A stretch of 64,000 bases of DNA from Alphaproteobacteria bacterium (GCA_965220745.1 CBDCQT010000003.1:160001-224000), one strand, 5' to 3'; counted from the first letter of the stretch, positions 29,937-41,717 are shown. Made by a program: numbers and translations. The notes: generated by a model from the sequence alone, not told the origin.

Positions 29937-30389
29937 ATGTCGTTCGGATTGAACAGGGCGGAAGTCATTGGGCGCCTGGGCGCAGACGTCACCATCAGCA
30001 ACCTCGCCTCCGGCGGGCGCGTCGCCAATATGAGCGTGGCGACCGACGAGAGCTACCTGGAGAAAAATTCAGGGACCCGGATCGACAAGACAGAGTGGCA
30101 CCGGGTCGTCAGCTTCCAGGGCGGGCTGATCGACATGCTGGAGAAGCACGCGAAGAAGGGCCGCCTCGTCTACGTCGCGGGCAAGCTGCAGACCAGGAAG
30201 TGGCGGAAGGACGGCGAGGACAGCGACCGGTTCTCGACCGAGATCCTGCTGGTCCCCGGTGGCCGCGTGCAGTTTCTTGATCGTCCTGCCGGGGCCAACG
30301 GCAACGGTTCCCAGCCGGCGAACGGCGAGGCGGCGGAGGCCGCAACCGGCGCCGGCGAGACTGGCAGCGGCTCAGACTTGCCGTTCTGA
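29937..30389 (+). CDS. ssb: Single-stranded DNA-binding protein
   Basis: N...IGRLG, TEWHRVV, G.LQTRKW, C-terminal DLPF. Confidence 0.93.
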   Translation: MSFGLNRAEVIGRLGADVTISNLASGGRVANMSVATDESYLEKNSGTRIDKTEWHRVVSFQGGLIDMLEKHAKKGRLVYVAGKLQTRKWRKDGEDSDRFSTEILLVPGGRVQFLDRPAGANGNGSQPANGEAAEAATGAGETGSGSDLPF

Positions 30390-30432
30390 GCCAAGACCCC
30401 GCAGCGGGCCTTCCCCGCCCGCTCGCCCCAGA

Positions 30433-30471
30433 GCCCGCCCCGCGTTCCTCCCGCGCGGGGCGGGTTTTTTT
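30433..30471 (+). terminator. Intrinsic terminator after ssb
   Basis: CCCGCCCCGCG stem followed by a T run. Confidence 0.75.
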
Positions 30472-30674
30472 GCAGCCTGATCCGAGCCCCCCGCAGGTCG
30501 GACGGCGCGCCGTGCGCTTCACACGCCACCCCCCCGTCCCGGCGCCGGCGAGAGGTCGGTCGTGGCCGGGACCGGGGCGCGTCCAACGCAGCGTCCCGAG
30601 AGGTCTCTCATGCTCCCCATGACCGCCGACGGTCCCGGCTTCGCCGGTTCCGGCCTGATCCAGAAGTATGCGCC

Positions 30675-31658
30675 ATGAACGCGGCCGCCGTCGCCGCAGC
30701 GCTCGCCGAGCGCGCCGAGGAGGTCTGCCGCCGATACCTGCCCTACGGACGCCGCCGGGGCCGGTATTGGGTCGCGGGCGACCTCGACGGCGGGCGCGGC
30801 CGATCCCTCTACGTCCGTCTCGCGCCTCCGGGCACGCCGGGGAAATTCACCGATGCCGCCGCGGGGCAGCATGGCGATCTTCTCGACATCATCCGCCACC
30901 GCATCAACGCGCCGACGCTTCGCGCGGCGCTCGACGAGGCCCGCGCCTTCCTCGCCCGGCCGGCTGCCCCGGCTGCGGGCTCGGGCGACGCCTACGACGC
31001 CACCGAGGCGGCACGCCGCCTCTGGCGCCGATGCCGCGCCATCGACGGCACCCATGCGGAAGCCTACCTGCACGCCAGGGGTCTCGCGCGCTGCCGCTTC
31101 CCCGCGCTGCGCTACCACCCAGCGTTGCTTTACAGGGACGGCGGCGGCGTGCGCCGCCTGCCTGCGATGGTCGCCGCCGTCACCGCTCACGACGGCGACA
31201 TCATCACCGGCGTCCATCGCACATGGTTGGACCCTCAGCGTCCCGCGAAGGCAAATCTCTCATCGCCGCGCAAGGCCCTCGGGCGGATCTTCGGACATGC
31301 CGTCCGCTTCGGCGACCCCGCCGACGGAGCTTCGCTCCTCGTCGGCGAGGGCATCGAGACGGTGCTGTCGCTGGTGACCGCCTCGCCCGAGGTCACCGCC
31401 GCCGCAGCGCTGTCGGCCGGCAGCCTCGGCGCATTCGCGCCGCCTGCCGGCGTCACGCGGCTGGTGATCGCGCGCGACAACGACCCCGAGGGAGAGCGTG
31501 CCGTCGAGCGCCTCGCCCGGCGCTGCGCGCGGGCGGGCGTCGCCGCCACCGTCATCGTGCCTCGCGGCTCCGACTTCAACGAGGACTTGCTCACCTTCGG
31601 CCCCGCCGCGCTCGCCGCCTGGACGGCGGCCGCGCTCGCAGACCGGGAGCCCGGGTGA
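30675..31658 (+). CDS. Plasmid-type primase/toprim domain protein
   Basis: HGDLLD N-terminal domain; GVHRTWL, GEGIET, IARDND, DFNEDL. Confidence 0.85.
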   Translation: MNAAAVAAALAERAEEVCRRYLPYGRRRGRYWVAGDLDGGRGRSLYVRLAPPGTPGKFTDAAAGQHGDLLDIIRHRINAPTLRAALDEARAFLARPAAPAAGSGDAYDATEAARRLWRRCRAIDGTHAEAYLHARGLARCRFPALRYHPALLYRDGGGVRRLPAMVAAVTAHDGDIITGVHRTWLDPQRPAKANLSSPRKALGRIFGHAVRFGDPADGASLLVGEGIETVLSLVTASPEVTAAAALSAGSLGAFAPPAGVTRLVIARDNDPEGERAVERLARRCARAGVAATVIVPRGSDFNEDLLTFGPAALAAWTAAALADREPG

Positions 31659-31735
31659 GGGCAGCCAGGGGGCGAGCCGCATGGAGAGGAGAGAGAGTCC
31701 TCTCCGTGCCGGCAGCACGCTACGGGGAGAAGACC

Positions 31736-31963
31736 ATGAGCAGCGACATCGGGTTCCGGCGGGTGGGCGAGAACGAGGCCAGGGTCTATCAGGACGGCGA
31801 CCACGTCGGTGACGTCTATCGCCACGACGACATCCTGAACCCCGGCGAAGTGTTCTACGTGGTACATCTCAGCGAGGATCCCCGCGGCCCCGTCAGGGTG
31901 CACGAGCGCCATCGCGTCCGCGAGGTCGCCCGCCACCTCCTCGACACCCACCCGATGCTCTGA
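31736..31963 (+). CDS. Small hypothetical protein
   Basis: GGAG SD; GC3-rich 75-aa ORF. Confidence 0.55.
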   Translation: MSSDIGFRRVGENEARVYQDGDHVGDVYRHDDILNPGEVFYVVHLSEDPRGPVRVHERHRVREVARHLLDTHPML

Positions 31964-32560
31964 GCGGTGACCAGCGCCACCGGCGGTGTCATCGGCGGCA
32001 CCGGGAGCGGCTCGCCCTCGATCCCGTTGCCCGGCCCGCGGCTGGCACCGCGCCTTTCATCGCTGCGGCGGTGCCACGCCGCTCTCTTGCAGGAAACAAA
32101 AACAAGGGTCCGTCCGTCGTGTCCTTCGATGATTTCACGCGTGCTCGCGGCAGCAACCCTGCGGGTGTACCACCCTTAGGGTGCTTCGGTCGCTCCGCTC
32201 CCTTCGCCCTTCCCCAAGACCTCCTAAGACCGGCCGTGAAGATGCCCGACCGTGAAGTCGGCTCGCCTGAACTCTCCAACGCCTCGTCTGAGGCGCACCG
32301 GCCCCTCTCGCGGGGCCGGTGCGTCGGCCCGGCGCTAGCAGTTCTTGAGAAGGCCAACTCGAAACGCGGCCAGTCACAAAGGCGGCGCGCCGGGCCTCCC
32401 AGGATCAGAGAGCGCCGACTTCCGCACCATCGGGCATCTTCCGCACCAAGACCGGTCCAAGGAGCTCTAGGGGAAGGTGCTGCCCCTGCGCGCGCGTGAA
32501 TCAGAAAGGACATCACAACGGGGCACAGGGTCCCGGAGGTTGAACCAACAGGAGATCGTC

Positions 32561-33481
32561 ATGATCGACACCACAAGCGCTACCGCATCCGCTTCTTCCA
32601 CTGCCACGGTCTGCGAGAGCATGGCCCTCTACGGCGCAGCGCCCGAGCGCGGCGAGCTCGACAGCAGGGTCGTCTGGGACGAGGACGACGCCATCGACGC
32701 GCTGAACGAAGCCATCCGCGTCATCGTCGACGGCATCACCGTCGACGGCACGCAGATGGCCGACGAGCGCGAGCCCCTCATGTGGGGCCTGACCAACATG
32801 CTGCACTCCCAGGTCACCCGCCTCGACCGCGCCGTCGACCGCATCGCGCCCGAGATGCGCGACCTCGAGAAGGCGCAGGATGGATCGGAGGTGAAGGCGC
32901 ACGAGCTCGAGACGATGACCGACCGTGCCCAGAACCTCGGCGACCGGCGCGACGCCTTCGAGAAGATGCGCGACCTCGCCGCCGACGCCTACCGCGTCGA
33001 GACCGGCGACACATGGCGCCCGAGGCACGGCTCGCACACGAGCCAGACCGGACAGCTCACCTCCGCCGCCATCGACGCCCGCGACTTCAGGCGCGCACGC
33101 AAGGACCGCGAGACCCGCGCGCACCTGCCCGAGGGCACCCTGGTCGCCATCACCGGCGGCAAGACCGTTGCCGATGCCGACGCGGTCTGGAGCACGCTCG
33201 ACATGGCGCGTGCGAAGTACGGCGACATGGTCCTGCTGCATGGTGGCGGTCCCGGCGTCGAGAAGGTCGCCGCAAGCTGGGCCGAGGCCAGAGGCGTCAA
33301 CCAGGTCGTCTGCCGCCCCGACTGGACCGCGCACGGCAAGGCCGCGCCCTTCCGCCGCAACGACGAGCTGCTCAACTTCCTGCCCAAGGGCGTCATCGCC
33401 TTCCCCGGCAGCGGCATCACAGGCAACCTCGTCGACAAGGCGAAGACGTTGGGTATACCCGTGATGACCGTGGCCGCGTAA
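32561..33481 (+). CDS. DUF2493 / YspA-like SLOG domain protein
   Basis: VAITGG, VLLHGG, PDW..HGKAAPFRRND, IAFPGSG. Confidence 0.85.
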   Translation: MIDTTSATASASSTATVCESMALYGAAPERGELDSRVVWDEDDAIDALNEAIRVIVDGITVDGTQMADEREPLMWGLTNMLHSQVTRLDRAVDRIAPEMRDLEKAQDGSEVKAHELETMTDRAQNLGDRRDAFEKMRDLAADAYRVETGDTWRPRHGSHTSQTGQLTSAAIDARDFRRARKDRETRAHLPEGTLVAITGGKTVADADAVWSTLDMARAKYGDMVLLHGGGPGVEKVAASWAEARGVNQVVCRPDWTAHGKAAPFRRNDELLNFLPKGVIAFPGSGITGNLVDKAKTLGIPVMTVAA

Positions 33482-34730
33482 GCAGCGCGCGCGTCCTCGA
33501 CAGCGGCCGATCCCCGATGCGGGATCGGCCGCTTCGTCGTGTTTCACGACGAGCGTCACGAGCGGTGTCCCTCGCCGCCCCGGCTTCGACCCCGCATCCG
33601 GCTCGGCGCTGCGCACCATCGCCGGACGCTCACCTCGCAGAAGACAGACGGACCGCGGCTCACTCCGCTAAGGCCTGCCTGCGGTCGAACAGCGCGCCGC
33701 CATCGCCGGCCTTTGCACCGGCGCGCGCATGGACTGCGCGCGCTCCCGCCTGTGCCGGTGACGACGATCGCGGCGATGAAGATGGCGATGGTGCGCCGAC
33801 GACTGCGGCCGCCGATATCGTTCTGCAAATCACCTTCGACCCATGGAGTGCAAGTCTCATGCGCGTGCTCGGCGTCGGCGTCGTCGCCGATGGCGACGAG
33901 CGCCTCGACGCCTCGCCCGACATTGGTGCCGTCGCGCCTGAACGGCCCGGCGTCACCACGCCCGGCACTCGTGACGATCATGGTGATCGGCCCACTGCGC
34001 CGGCCATGATGGCATGCCCCAATTCCGCCGCATTTCCGAACGCCGCCAGGCCAGCGAGAATATCCCCCTGCACGAGCTCGGCAGATCGATCCCCGATCAA
34101 TGCATCCCGAGCCGTGCCGAGCGCTCCGGCATCGCCACACACGGACAACATAAGTCGCTATTTGTGTCTCTATGGAGCGCGCACCATAAGAAATTCCGCG
34201 TATGCTCTACGAAATACGCCCGAATTCCCGGATTCCTGGCCTCACCGTGCCTCCTGCGCCTCCTAAGTGGCTGGGCCTGATAGCCTTTCTGCGGACCCTT
34301 GGACCTGTCCTACGCCCTGAGGGCGCTTTCACCCTCACACCCGACGCACCCCAAGGTGCAGAGCTACTTGAGGGGTCAGGAGTGCGCAGGGCTACGCCAG
34401 AGCCCTCAGTGCTACGCAGGAGTTCGATGGGAACATGTCCCTGTTTCGGGTGACGGCGCAAGTGTCTGTAAGGATGCGTGTTTCTGTCGACGTGCCCGAC
34501 CTGCGTCGCGTAGGATTCGTGCTACCGGCCCTGCGCATTACGATGTATTGCATCGCGCATTCGCCCGAATTTTGCCTCGGCCGGCGTGTGATGAGAGGCG
34601 GCCAGGACCATAATGGCCCAGAAATCCCGGCGGGCGACGAGCTCGCACAGTCGACCCGATGCCGAAGGGGCTCGTGCCGCTCAGCCGGTCCGGCTGGGAC
34701 ATGATTCCGGACCAACGACGGAGGCTGTCG

Positions 34731-35072
34731 ATGACGACGCCACGCTTCCAGCGCTCGATCAGGTTCTCCCAATCCGAGTGGAACGCGATTTGCGAGGCGG
34801 CCGAACGGCGCAACATGAAGCCCGCCGAGTTCGTCCGCGAGGCCGCCGCCGGCGTCGCCGCGCGCGAGGTCGGCCTCGACGACGGCAAGCTGACGCCCGC
34901 GCTGGTCGAGATGATCGAGCGAACGTTTCGGGGCGTGCACCTGCTCGCCTACCTCAAGCACGAGGAACTTGCCGCCCTGGGCAGACAGGAAGATTTTCGG
35001 CGCGCCACTGAGGCCGGCCAGATTGCGCAGGCGGAGACGCTCGGCCGGGGAGAAGCAGACGACGAGACGTGA
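34731..35072 (+). CDS. Ribbon-helix-helix DNA-binding protein (relaxosome-accessory-like)
   Basis: RSIRFS..EW..I..AA......AEFVREAA; GGAGG SD. Confidence 0.65.
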   Translation: MTTPRFQRSIRFSQSEWNAICEAAERRNMKPAEFVREAAAGVAAREVGLDDGKLTPALVEMIERTFRGVHLLAYLKHEELAALGRQEDFRRATEAGQIAQAETLGRGEADDET

Positions 35073-35310
35073 GTCCAGGCCTCCTCGTTACGGCTATCCC
35101 ACCTGGTCTCGCCGTTCCCGGCCGGGTTTCGGATGTCCATGAAGCCTGCATAGTTCGGCGCGGGCGATGCTTCCGAGACGCCGAAGCCGGCAAGGTGAAG
35201 CGAGTTCCATGTTCAATCGAGGCCGATAACGGACGGCCGGAGTCAACTCCGCACCTGAATTTGGAGCCGACGAAGCGACGGATCTGCGCGCCCCAAAGCG
35301 CCGCCGGGGG

Positions 35311-36717
35311 CTATTCCGGCGCCTCGATCCCGAGCTCGCGCCATATCCAGCTCGTATCGTAGGGCTTGTGGCGCTGCTGCATGGCGCGGCGATACTCGGT
35401 GTTTTCCAACTGCTTCAGCCAGTCGATCACTTTCTCTCGCCCCTTCCTTGTCCCGGCCGCCTGCCGCAGCGTCCTGCCGTCCACCGAGGGGTGCGGATCG
35501 TCGAGGATGCGACGGTAGTAGTCGTCGAGGCAGGAGTGGATCACCTGCACCGCTTCTTCGGGTGGAAACTCGGGTTCCACGTCCGATTGCCCCGCCTGTT
35601 CGTCCAGCGCCCTCTCCGGATCCTCATGCGAGATCAGCGCTGGTCCGACAAGATCGCCCAGGCAGGACGCCAGGAGGTCCCGTCCCCTCTCGGCTCGCTC
35701 GCGAGAGTTGACGAACAGCGTCACTGCCCCCGCATTCATCTCCGCGTGGCCGAGCGACGTGTTGCCGATGACGCTCTCCGATTCAGGAGCGTCGCCCCCT
35801 CTGCGGCGGATTGCCATCCGGTGCAGGGGCGAGCCGGGAACGGACCATGTCCAGCTCGGCCCGTCCTCCTCGTCCCTCTCGAAGCACTCGATCCCGTCGA
35901 GCATCGTGGCAACTTCCGCCTCGTCGCCCACGACGGGGAAGCGCACCCTGCAGAACACGATCGGCTCGTCGTCGGTGTTGTGCAGCGCAGGCAACGGAGC
36001 CTGGGCCTGCAGGAGGGCGTCGAGCAGCCAGACATGCGTGAACATCCGGGCGCCGGCTCCGCCGCCGAGGATGATCTCGCGCACCATGGACCGGATATCC
36101 GCCGCCTCTTCGATCTCCTTGCGGGCCTCCTCGGGAATGTCCTCCTCCATCTCCGTCGCCGTCTCGTCGAACATCGACAGGAACAGAAGCGACAGCTCGT
36201 GGCGAAAGCGCAGAACGGCGCCGGTGAAGTACATCTTGCCGTTCACCTCAACGACGCGCGCGGCCAAGCGGTCCCACGGTGCCGCCGACTTCGAGCCCAG
36301 CTTCTCGTGCACGGTGACCGCATCGCCGCCCCGGATGAGGTCATGGACCGTCATGCTGCGCCCCGGATCGATGCCGACGACCTCGTAGAGAGACACCGTG
36401 GAATCCCTGAGCGACTCCAGGTAGCGCCTGCCCGGCGCGGTCTCCCGCCAGCCGCGCCGCTTCAGATAGTCGTCGACGACGTTCACTTCGTCGTCCTCGC
36501 CGAAGCGGGCGGTGAAGAAGTCCTCCACGATGAAGACACCCAGCATCTCGGCGGCGTCGCCGAGAAGCTCTTCGAACTCGTCCTCGGATACATCGAGGAT
36601 GTCGGCAACGGGTGCGACGTGAGCATCGTAGATGTCGAGTTGCCACTCCACCCACTCGTCCCTCACCGACCACCTGATGAGGTTCTCGGTCGCCTTGTCG
36701 AAACGGGAAGCACTCAT
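35311..36717 (-). CDS. Hypothetical island protein with possible C-terminal Xre/MbcA/ParS-like motif
   Basis: Long acidic ORF with coding-like GC3; LDDPHPSVDGRTLRQAA motif. Confidence 0.6.
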   Translation of the reverse strand: MSASRFDKATENLIRWSVRDEWVEWQLDIYDAHVAPVADILDVSEDEFEELLGDAAEMLGVFIVEDFFTARFGEDDEVNVVDDYLKRRGWRETAPGRRYLESLRDSTVSLYEVVGIDPGRSMTVHDLIRGGDAVTVHEKLGSKSAAPWDRLAARVVEVNGKMYFTGAVLRFRHELSLLFLSMFDETATEMEEDIPEEARKEIEEAADIRSMVREIILGGGAGARMFTHVWLLDALLQAQAPLPALHNTDDEPIVFCRVRFPVVGDEAEVATMLDGIECFERDEEDGPSWTWSVPGSPLHRMAIRRRGGDAPESESVIGNTSLGHAEMNAGAVTLFVNSRERAERGRDLLASCLGDLVGPALISHEDPERALDEQAGQSDVEPEFPPEEAVQVIHSCLDDYYRRILDDPHPSVDGRTLRQAAGTRKGREKVIDWLKQLENTEYRRAMQQRHKPYDTSWIWRELGIEAPE

Positions 36718-36884
36718 GGCCACTCGTGGCGGGTGGGTCTGACGGTTTCGTCGGCGCGGCACCGCCTACGGTAGTTGGGATCGCCGGAGGCTACAACGCG
36801 GGCTTCGACACGCGGGTCATGACGAGCTTTGCCTCGGCGGTGCGGTTGCAAGGCACCATGCACATAGCAGGCGGCTGGATGATC

Positions 36885-39800
36885 CTACAGTTCGAGTTCC
36901 AGCTCGTATTCGATCTGCTTGGGCGCGCGCTCCTTCACCCGTTCCGGCGCCTTCGCGGGCTCCGGTGCCCTCGCCGGTTGAGGCGCCGGTACGGGGCGCG
37001 GTGCCTGGGCGGGTGGCTGCTCCCTCTCCGGTTCCGGCGTTCTTGCGGGCGTCGGCTGCCGTGTCCTCTCCGGTTTGCGGGCCGGCGCTTCGGGCTCGAT
37101 ATCGGGCTCCCTGCTTCTCGCCGGCGCAGGCGTCCGCATTCCTGCAGGATCGCGGACCGGCGCATCCCGCTCGATCCGCGTTTCCCTGCTCCTGGCGTCT
37201 TCGCGTGCCTGCGCCTGCCTGGCCCGCTCCGCACTCTTCGCTCTTTCCGCCGCCGCAGCGGCGACGACGCCTTCCAGCGCCGAGACGCGCTCCCCGGTCG
37301 CCGTCTCCAGGCGGTCGCACAAGGCCTTCGCGTCGTCCGTGACCAGCTCCGCCCGGTGCCGCGCGCGGCTGATCTCGACGTAGAAGCTCTTCTGCGTGGT
37401 CAGGTGGGGGTGATTGGCCTCCATCACCGCGATCACGTTGTCGACCGTGCGTCCCTGGAACGCGTGCACCGTGGACGCCCAGGCGTGGTCCACGTGCCGC
37501 AGCTGCGCATGGTCGCGGCGGAGGTCCAACCTGCGGCCGTCCTCCAGCAGGAACGATACCCGGTCTTCCCGCACCGCCGTCACTTCCGCCGCATGGCTGT
37601 TCATCAACCCGAGCCTGGCGTCGTTGCGGGTCCAGCGGATGCGGTCGCCGGCACGAAGCTCCATCGGCTCGACGCGGTACACCTCGACGGCGCCGCGCAG
37701 GGCGCCCACCTGGCGCGGGCGCCAGGGTATCGCCTCGCCCTTGCGGCCCTCCAGCGTGACCACGCCGGGTGCACCGGCCCCGAGCACGCGGCGTTCGTCG
37801 CCCTTCTCCACGCCGAGGCTCCTGTAGGCACGGTGGAAGGACACGACATCCCCCGGCGCATAGTTCGCCGCCTGCATCTTCTCGGCAGTGGTATACCCGC
37901 GCGAGACCAGCCGCTCGCCCTCAAGCCCCGGTCCATGAATGACGCCCTCGCGGGCGAGGCGCTCGCGGATGTGGCCGTTGACGCTCTCGCGCATCGCATG
38001 GCTCGGCGCCATCAAGCCGGTGTTCTCACGCTCTTCGGCAGAGAGCCTCAGCCAGCGGGCCGCCGCAGCGCCGGCGAGATTGTCCGCCTTCACCTCCGCC
38101 ACGCTCTCGCCCAGCTTGCCGAAGGCCGCACGCACGTCGCCCGCGAGGCTCGCGCGCACCGCCTCCTTCAGCGCGGGGTCCTTCTGCCGAAGTATCTCGT
38201 CCATCACCACCGTCTTCATGCCCGCCCGCTGCAACTGTGCGAAGGGCTTGCCCGCATCCACGGCATCCAGCTGCTTCTCGTCTCCCACCAGGACGACCCG
38301 AGATATCCTGAGCCTGTCGGCGATCCGCAGCAGATCGCGCGCCTGCACGGTGGAGGCCAACGAGCCCTCGTCCACCACCAGCACCGTCTTGCGGAAGGAA
38401 GCGCGCATCCTGCGCTCGGCGCCGGGCGTGAGCCGCCCCTCCGCCACGCCCGCGTTGCGGGCGAGGAAGCGCTGCAGCGTCTCGCTGCGGATGCCGGCCT
38501 CGGTGCCGAGGGTGGCGGCCGCCGATGCCGAGGGTGCCAGGCCGACCATGCGCCAGCCGCTCTTGCCCGCGAGAGAGCGCGCCCTGTCCAGCATCGCTGT
38601 CTTGCCCGTGCCGGCATAGCCCTGCACGCCGACGACCCGGTCCTTCGACGAGAGGATCGTGGTCACCGCCTCCTTCTGGCCCTGGGTCAGGCGGCCGTTG
38701 TGGAGCAGAGGCGCCGCGATCCACTTGCGCATCACCGGCTTCGAGCGGCCCTGGCCGCGCTCCATGAGCGCGATGGTCTCGGTCTCGTCGATGAGAGCCT
38801 TGTCCGTGGTGAGCGCGTCGCCCAGCACTGGCGTCCTCGCCGCATGGAGGGTGCCCGTCTTCTCCATCTGCCCCACGGCGGCCTCGGCCTCTTCGATATT
38901 CACCTTGCCGGGGTTCCAGGCGAGGGTGGCGGTGAGCAGGTCGGTGCGGGCGAACACGGCCTCTCGTTCGGAGAGGTGCGCCACCGCCCAGGCGGCGGCG
39001 CGCTCGGCCTCCGCCGTGACGCCGGGCTCTGCCTCGCGGTCGTGGCCGGCAGAAGGCAGGGAGCGCTCCGGATACGCCGCCTGCCAGTGCCGGGCCTCGG
39101 CAACCATGCCGTGTGCGTCGAAGCCCAATTCCGAGGCCTGTCTCTGCCAGGTCTCGCGCAATGCCTCCTTGTCGACGTCGCGCTTGTGCGAGCGCGTGAC
39201 CAGCGCCGCGCGTTCCGCCACGCGCTGGTTCGCCGCCGGATCGCCGAGACCCCGTGAAGCCATCGCCGCCTCGATCTCGGCGCGTCGTGTCGAATAGGCA
39301 TCGATCACTGTGCGAGAAACACCTGCGATCTCGAACCGCCCGTCGGCGTGCGTTTTCTCGACGGCATACCCCAGCTCCTCCAGGCCCCGCGCCAGCTCGG
39401 CCCGGTAGAGAGCGCCGATCAGCATCTTCGACGCATACAGCTTCTCGTTCGCCATGGTGCGCCACTTGCGATCCTCCCCTTGCACCATGTTGGCGATCAC
39501 CGCGTGCGTGTGCAGCTGCGGGTCCAGGTTGCGGGACGTGTCGTGTCTGAAGGTGGCCGCGACGATCGACTGACCGCCGGTGCGCACCATGCGGCCGAGC
39601 TCGGGGTCCATCATCCTGGTCTCGGCCGCGTTGGCCTCGATCCAGGCCAGCGCCCTGCGCACGGCGGCATCGTGGACGCCCACGATGCGCTCGTCGCCAC
39701 CGATCAGCGCGGCCAGCGAGACGGACTTGGATGCAGAAAAGGTGAGGTCGCGGCCGGGGCGGTGCTCGATCTCGCCCTCCCTGTTCCTGCGGCCGAGCCG

Positions 39801-40010
39801 GAGGCCGGAGCCGTCGGGGACCTCGCCCGCGAGGATGTCGGTGAAGAGGTCGGGATCGACGGTGCCCTCCAGGCCCAGGGCCTCTGCACCCTTGCCGAAC
39901 CAGGCGCTGGCCTCCCGGTGGGCGGCGTCATCCTTCGCGTAGTAGCCATCTCTTTCATAATAGGAGACGCCCTGCGCGGCAGACGCCACGGCGCCGATGG
40001 AGACCACCAT
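36885..40010 (-). CDS. MOBF (TrwC/TraI) conjugative relaxase-helicase
   Basis: YY...YY, DLTFSASKSVS, H.TSR..DPQLHTH, GYAGTGKT, STVHAFQG. Confidence 0.95.
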   Translation of the reverse strand: MVVSIGAVASAAQGVSYYERDGYYAKDDAAHREASAWFGKGAEALGLEGTVDPDLFTDILAGEVPDGSGLRLGRRNREGEIEHRPGRDLTFSASKSVSLAALIGGDERIVGVHDAAVRRALAWIEANAAETRMMDPELGRMVRTGGQSIVAATFRHDTSRNLDPQLHTHAVIANMVQGEDRKWRTMANEKLYASKMLIGALYRAELARGLEELGYAVEKTHADGRFEIAGVSRTVIDAYSTRRAEIEAAMASRGLGDPAANQRVAERAALVTRSHKRDVDKEALRETWQRQASELGFDAHGMVAEARHWQAAYPERSLPSAGHDREAEPGVTAEAERAAAWAVAHLSEREAVFARTDLLTATLAWNPGKVNIEEAEAAVGQMEKTGTLHAARTPVLGDALTTDKALIDETETIALMERGQGRSKPVMRKWIAAPLLHNGRLTQGQKEAVTTILSSKDRVVGVQGYAGTGKTAMLDRARSLAGKSGWRMVGLAPSASAAATLGTEAGIRSETLQRFLARNAGVAEGRLTPGAERRMRASFRKTVLVVDEGSLASTVQARDLLRIADRLRISRVVLVGDEKQLDAVDAGKPFAQLQRAGMKTVVMDEILRQKDPALKEAVRASLAGDVRAAFGKLGESVAEVKADNLAGAAAARWLRLSAEERENTGLMAPSHAMRESVNGHIRERLAREGVIHGPGLEGERLVSRGYTTAEKMQAANYAPGDVVSFHRAYRSLGVEKGDERRVLGAGAPGVVTLEGRKGEAIPWRPRQVGALRGAVEVYRVEPMELRAGDRIRWTRNDARLGLMNSHAAEVTAVREDRVSFLLEDGRRLDLRRDHAQLRHVDHAWASTVHAFQGRTVDNVIAVMEANHPHLTTQKSFYVEISRARHRAELVTDDAKALCDRLETATGERVSALEGVVAAAAAERAKSAERARQAQAREDARSRETRIERDAPVRDPAGMRTPAPARSREPDIEPEAPARKPERTRQPTPARTPEPEREQPPAQAPRPVPAPQPARAPEPAKAPERVKERAPKQIEYELELEL

Positions 40011-41185
40011 CAGTAGAAGTCCTGACTGGCGCGGCGGCGCCGTCTCCCGCGGCCGCGCCGACTGGCGGCGGATAGCGGCCGGTCGTTCGATCCCGGCATT
40101 CTGTCAGCGGAGGCGCCGCCCTCGCCCTGGGGCTCTGGCGACGGGCCGCCTTCAGAGCCTTCGTCGCGAGCGGCGTCACGACGCTCTTGCGAGGGGCCGG
40201 GCTTTGGCGAGGCGCCGCCACCGGCTTCGGATTTGCGGACATCGCGGGAAACTTGCCGCTGACGGTGCGGCATGCGGCTCGTCGGTTCGGAACGCCTCGG
40301 GTTGGCAGAATCGTCGAGCAGGGCGGGCGGTGATGCCGTCGGTGCCGACGGGGAGATCGCCGGCAGGCGCGTGCCTGATGGATCGTCTTGCGCCTTGTTG
40401 CCGAGGCGATGGTCGAATCGAAGACGGGCTTGGCCACGAGGCGCCTCCGCAGCATCCGCCCGGTGCTGCCTCCCCAACCGCACGGCTTCGAACAGCCTGA
40501 CCGTCAGCTTGCCGAATGCTGCGGGAACCGCGGCACTTCCTCGCCGCCGCGCAGGGCCGTAGGCCGCGGCCTCCGCCGCATAATGTTTGCCAACCGTCGA
40601 ATTTGCGTCCTCACGCTCCACGCTGCCGCTGTGCGCGTATCCCTTCGCAGTCTTCCGGACGAACCGCACGGACACCGGGAGGAAGCACAGAATTGAATTG
40701 ACCCGGCGGACGATCCGGCGTCGGAGCGAGAGGGCCACACGCCTCTCTCCGGCGCCCCGGCGGCGCCTGGAGTTTCGCCAGTGAACGATGCGCAAGACGA
40801 CGACGGTTCCGATCAGGAGGCCGGCACCGATGCCGCCGCCCCACAGCGCAGCACCGAGAGCATCGCCCAACATGCGGTCGCGCAGGTCGAGGATATAGCC
40901 ATGCCTCGTGATGGCGTCGATGGTCCAGACCAGCACTTCCCCGTCCAGGTCGCGGATCTTCTTGGTCTTGCCTGACGTGAACGGAAGGAACAGCAGGAAT
41001 TCGCCGAGCACGTAGACGCCGAAGACGTGCCAGTCGTGCGCCGTGTATCTCGCGACGGTGGTCCAGACCGCCGCTCCCAGCCCGAACACGGCGGCGACAA
41101 AGACGAGGAACCAGGCGAACGCGTACCAGTCGCGCCAGTCCCGCCAGACGATATACAGATCGATCGCTTGGACCAGCCTCTTCAT
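40010..41185 (-). pseudogene. Probable truncated coupling protein (TraD/TrwB-like N-terminus, no ATPase)
   Basis: TM-containing N-terminus, low-complexity tail, stop overlaps the relaxase ATG; no Walker A. Confidence 0.5.
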
Positions 41186-41717
41186 GGTGACGCCTCCGCT
41201 GTTGAAGCCTCCGCTGTTGAAGCCTCCGCTTCTGCGGGGAGCGGCCCCGCCCCAGCCGTCACGGAGGGGACCGGCCAGTCCCCCGAACAGGGCGCTCCGG
41301 CCCCCGGCGACGGTCACCGAGGCCCGAACCGTGTCGCGCGGCGGCGGAAGAGACGCGTTCGTGCCGTCCACGCCAAAACCGCGGCCTGCCAGGCGGTCGC
41401 ACCGTTCTGCGGCATCGGCGGTGCGAGCGACGAAGCGCAGAGGCTCTATGGGGAGAACTCTCCCCATAGAGCACTCGCCGGATCGATGTCCGCCGCTGCC
41501 GGCACCTGCCCAGCTTCCGGACCTGCCTCCGTGTCCTCCGCGTTCAAGGCGAGACCGCAAGCACACTCAACCGCCTTTCACCTCGCTCTACGGACGAACA
41601 GTCGTCCAGGCTCGGGCGCCTCCGCCGTGCAGGTGCCCAGGCAGGAATGCCGGAAAGCAGACAGCGGGTCCGATTGCCGAGGCGACGGAACGACCAGAAG
41701 CAGACCGGCGCCGACGG

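Noticed and set aside
33700-33960. Possible degenerate conjugative pilin
   Set aside because: Only a short hydrophobic stretch in a noisy ORF; too weak to call
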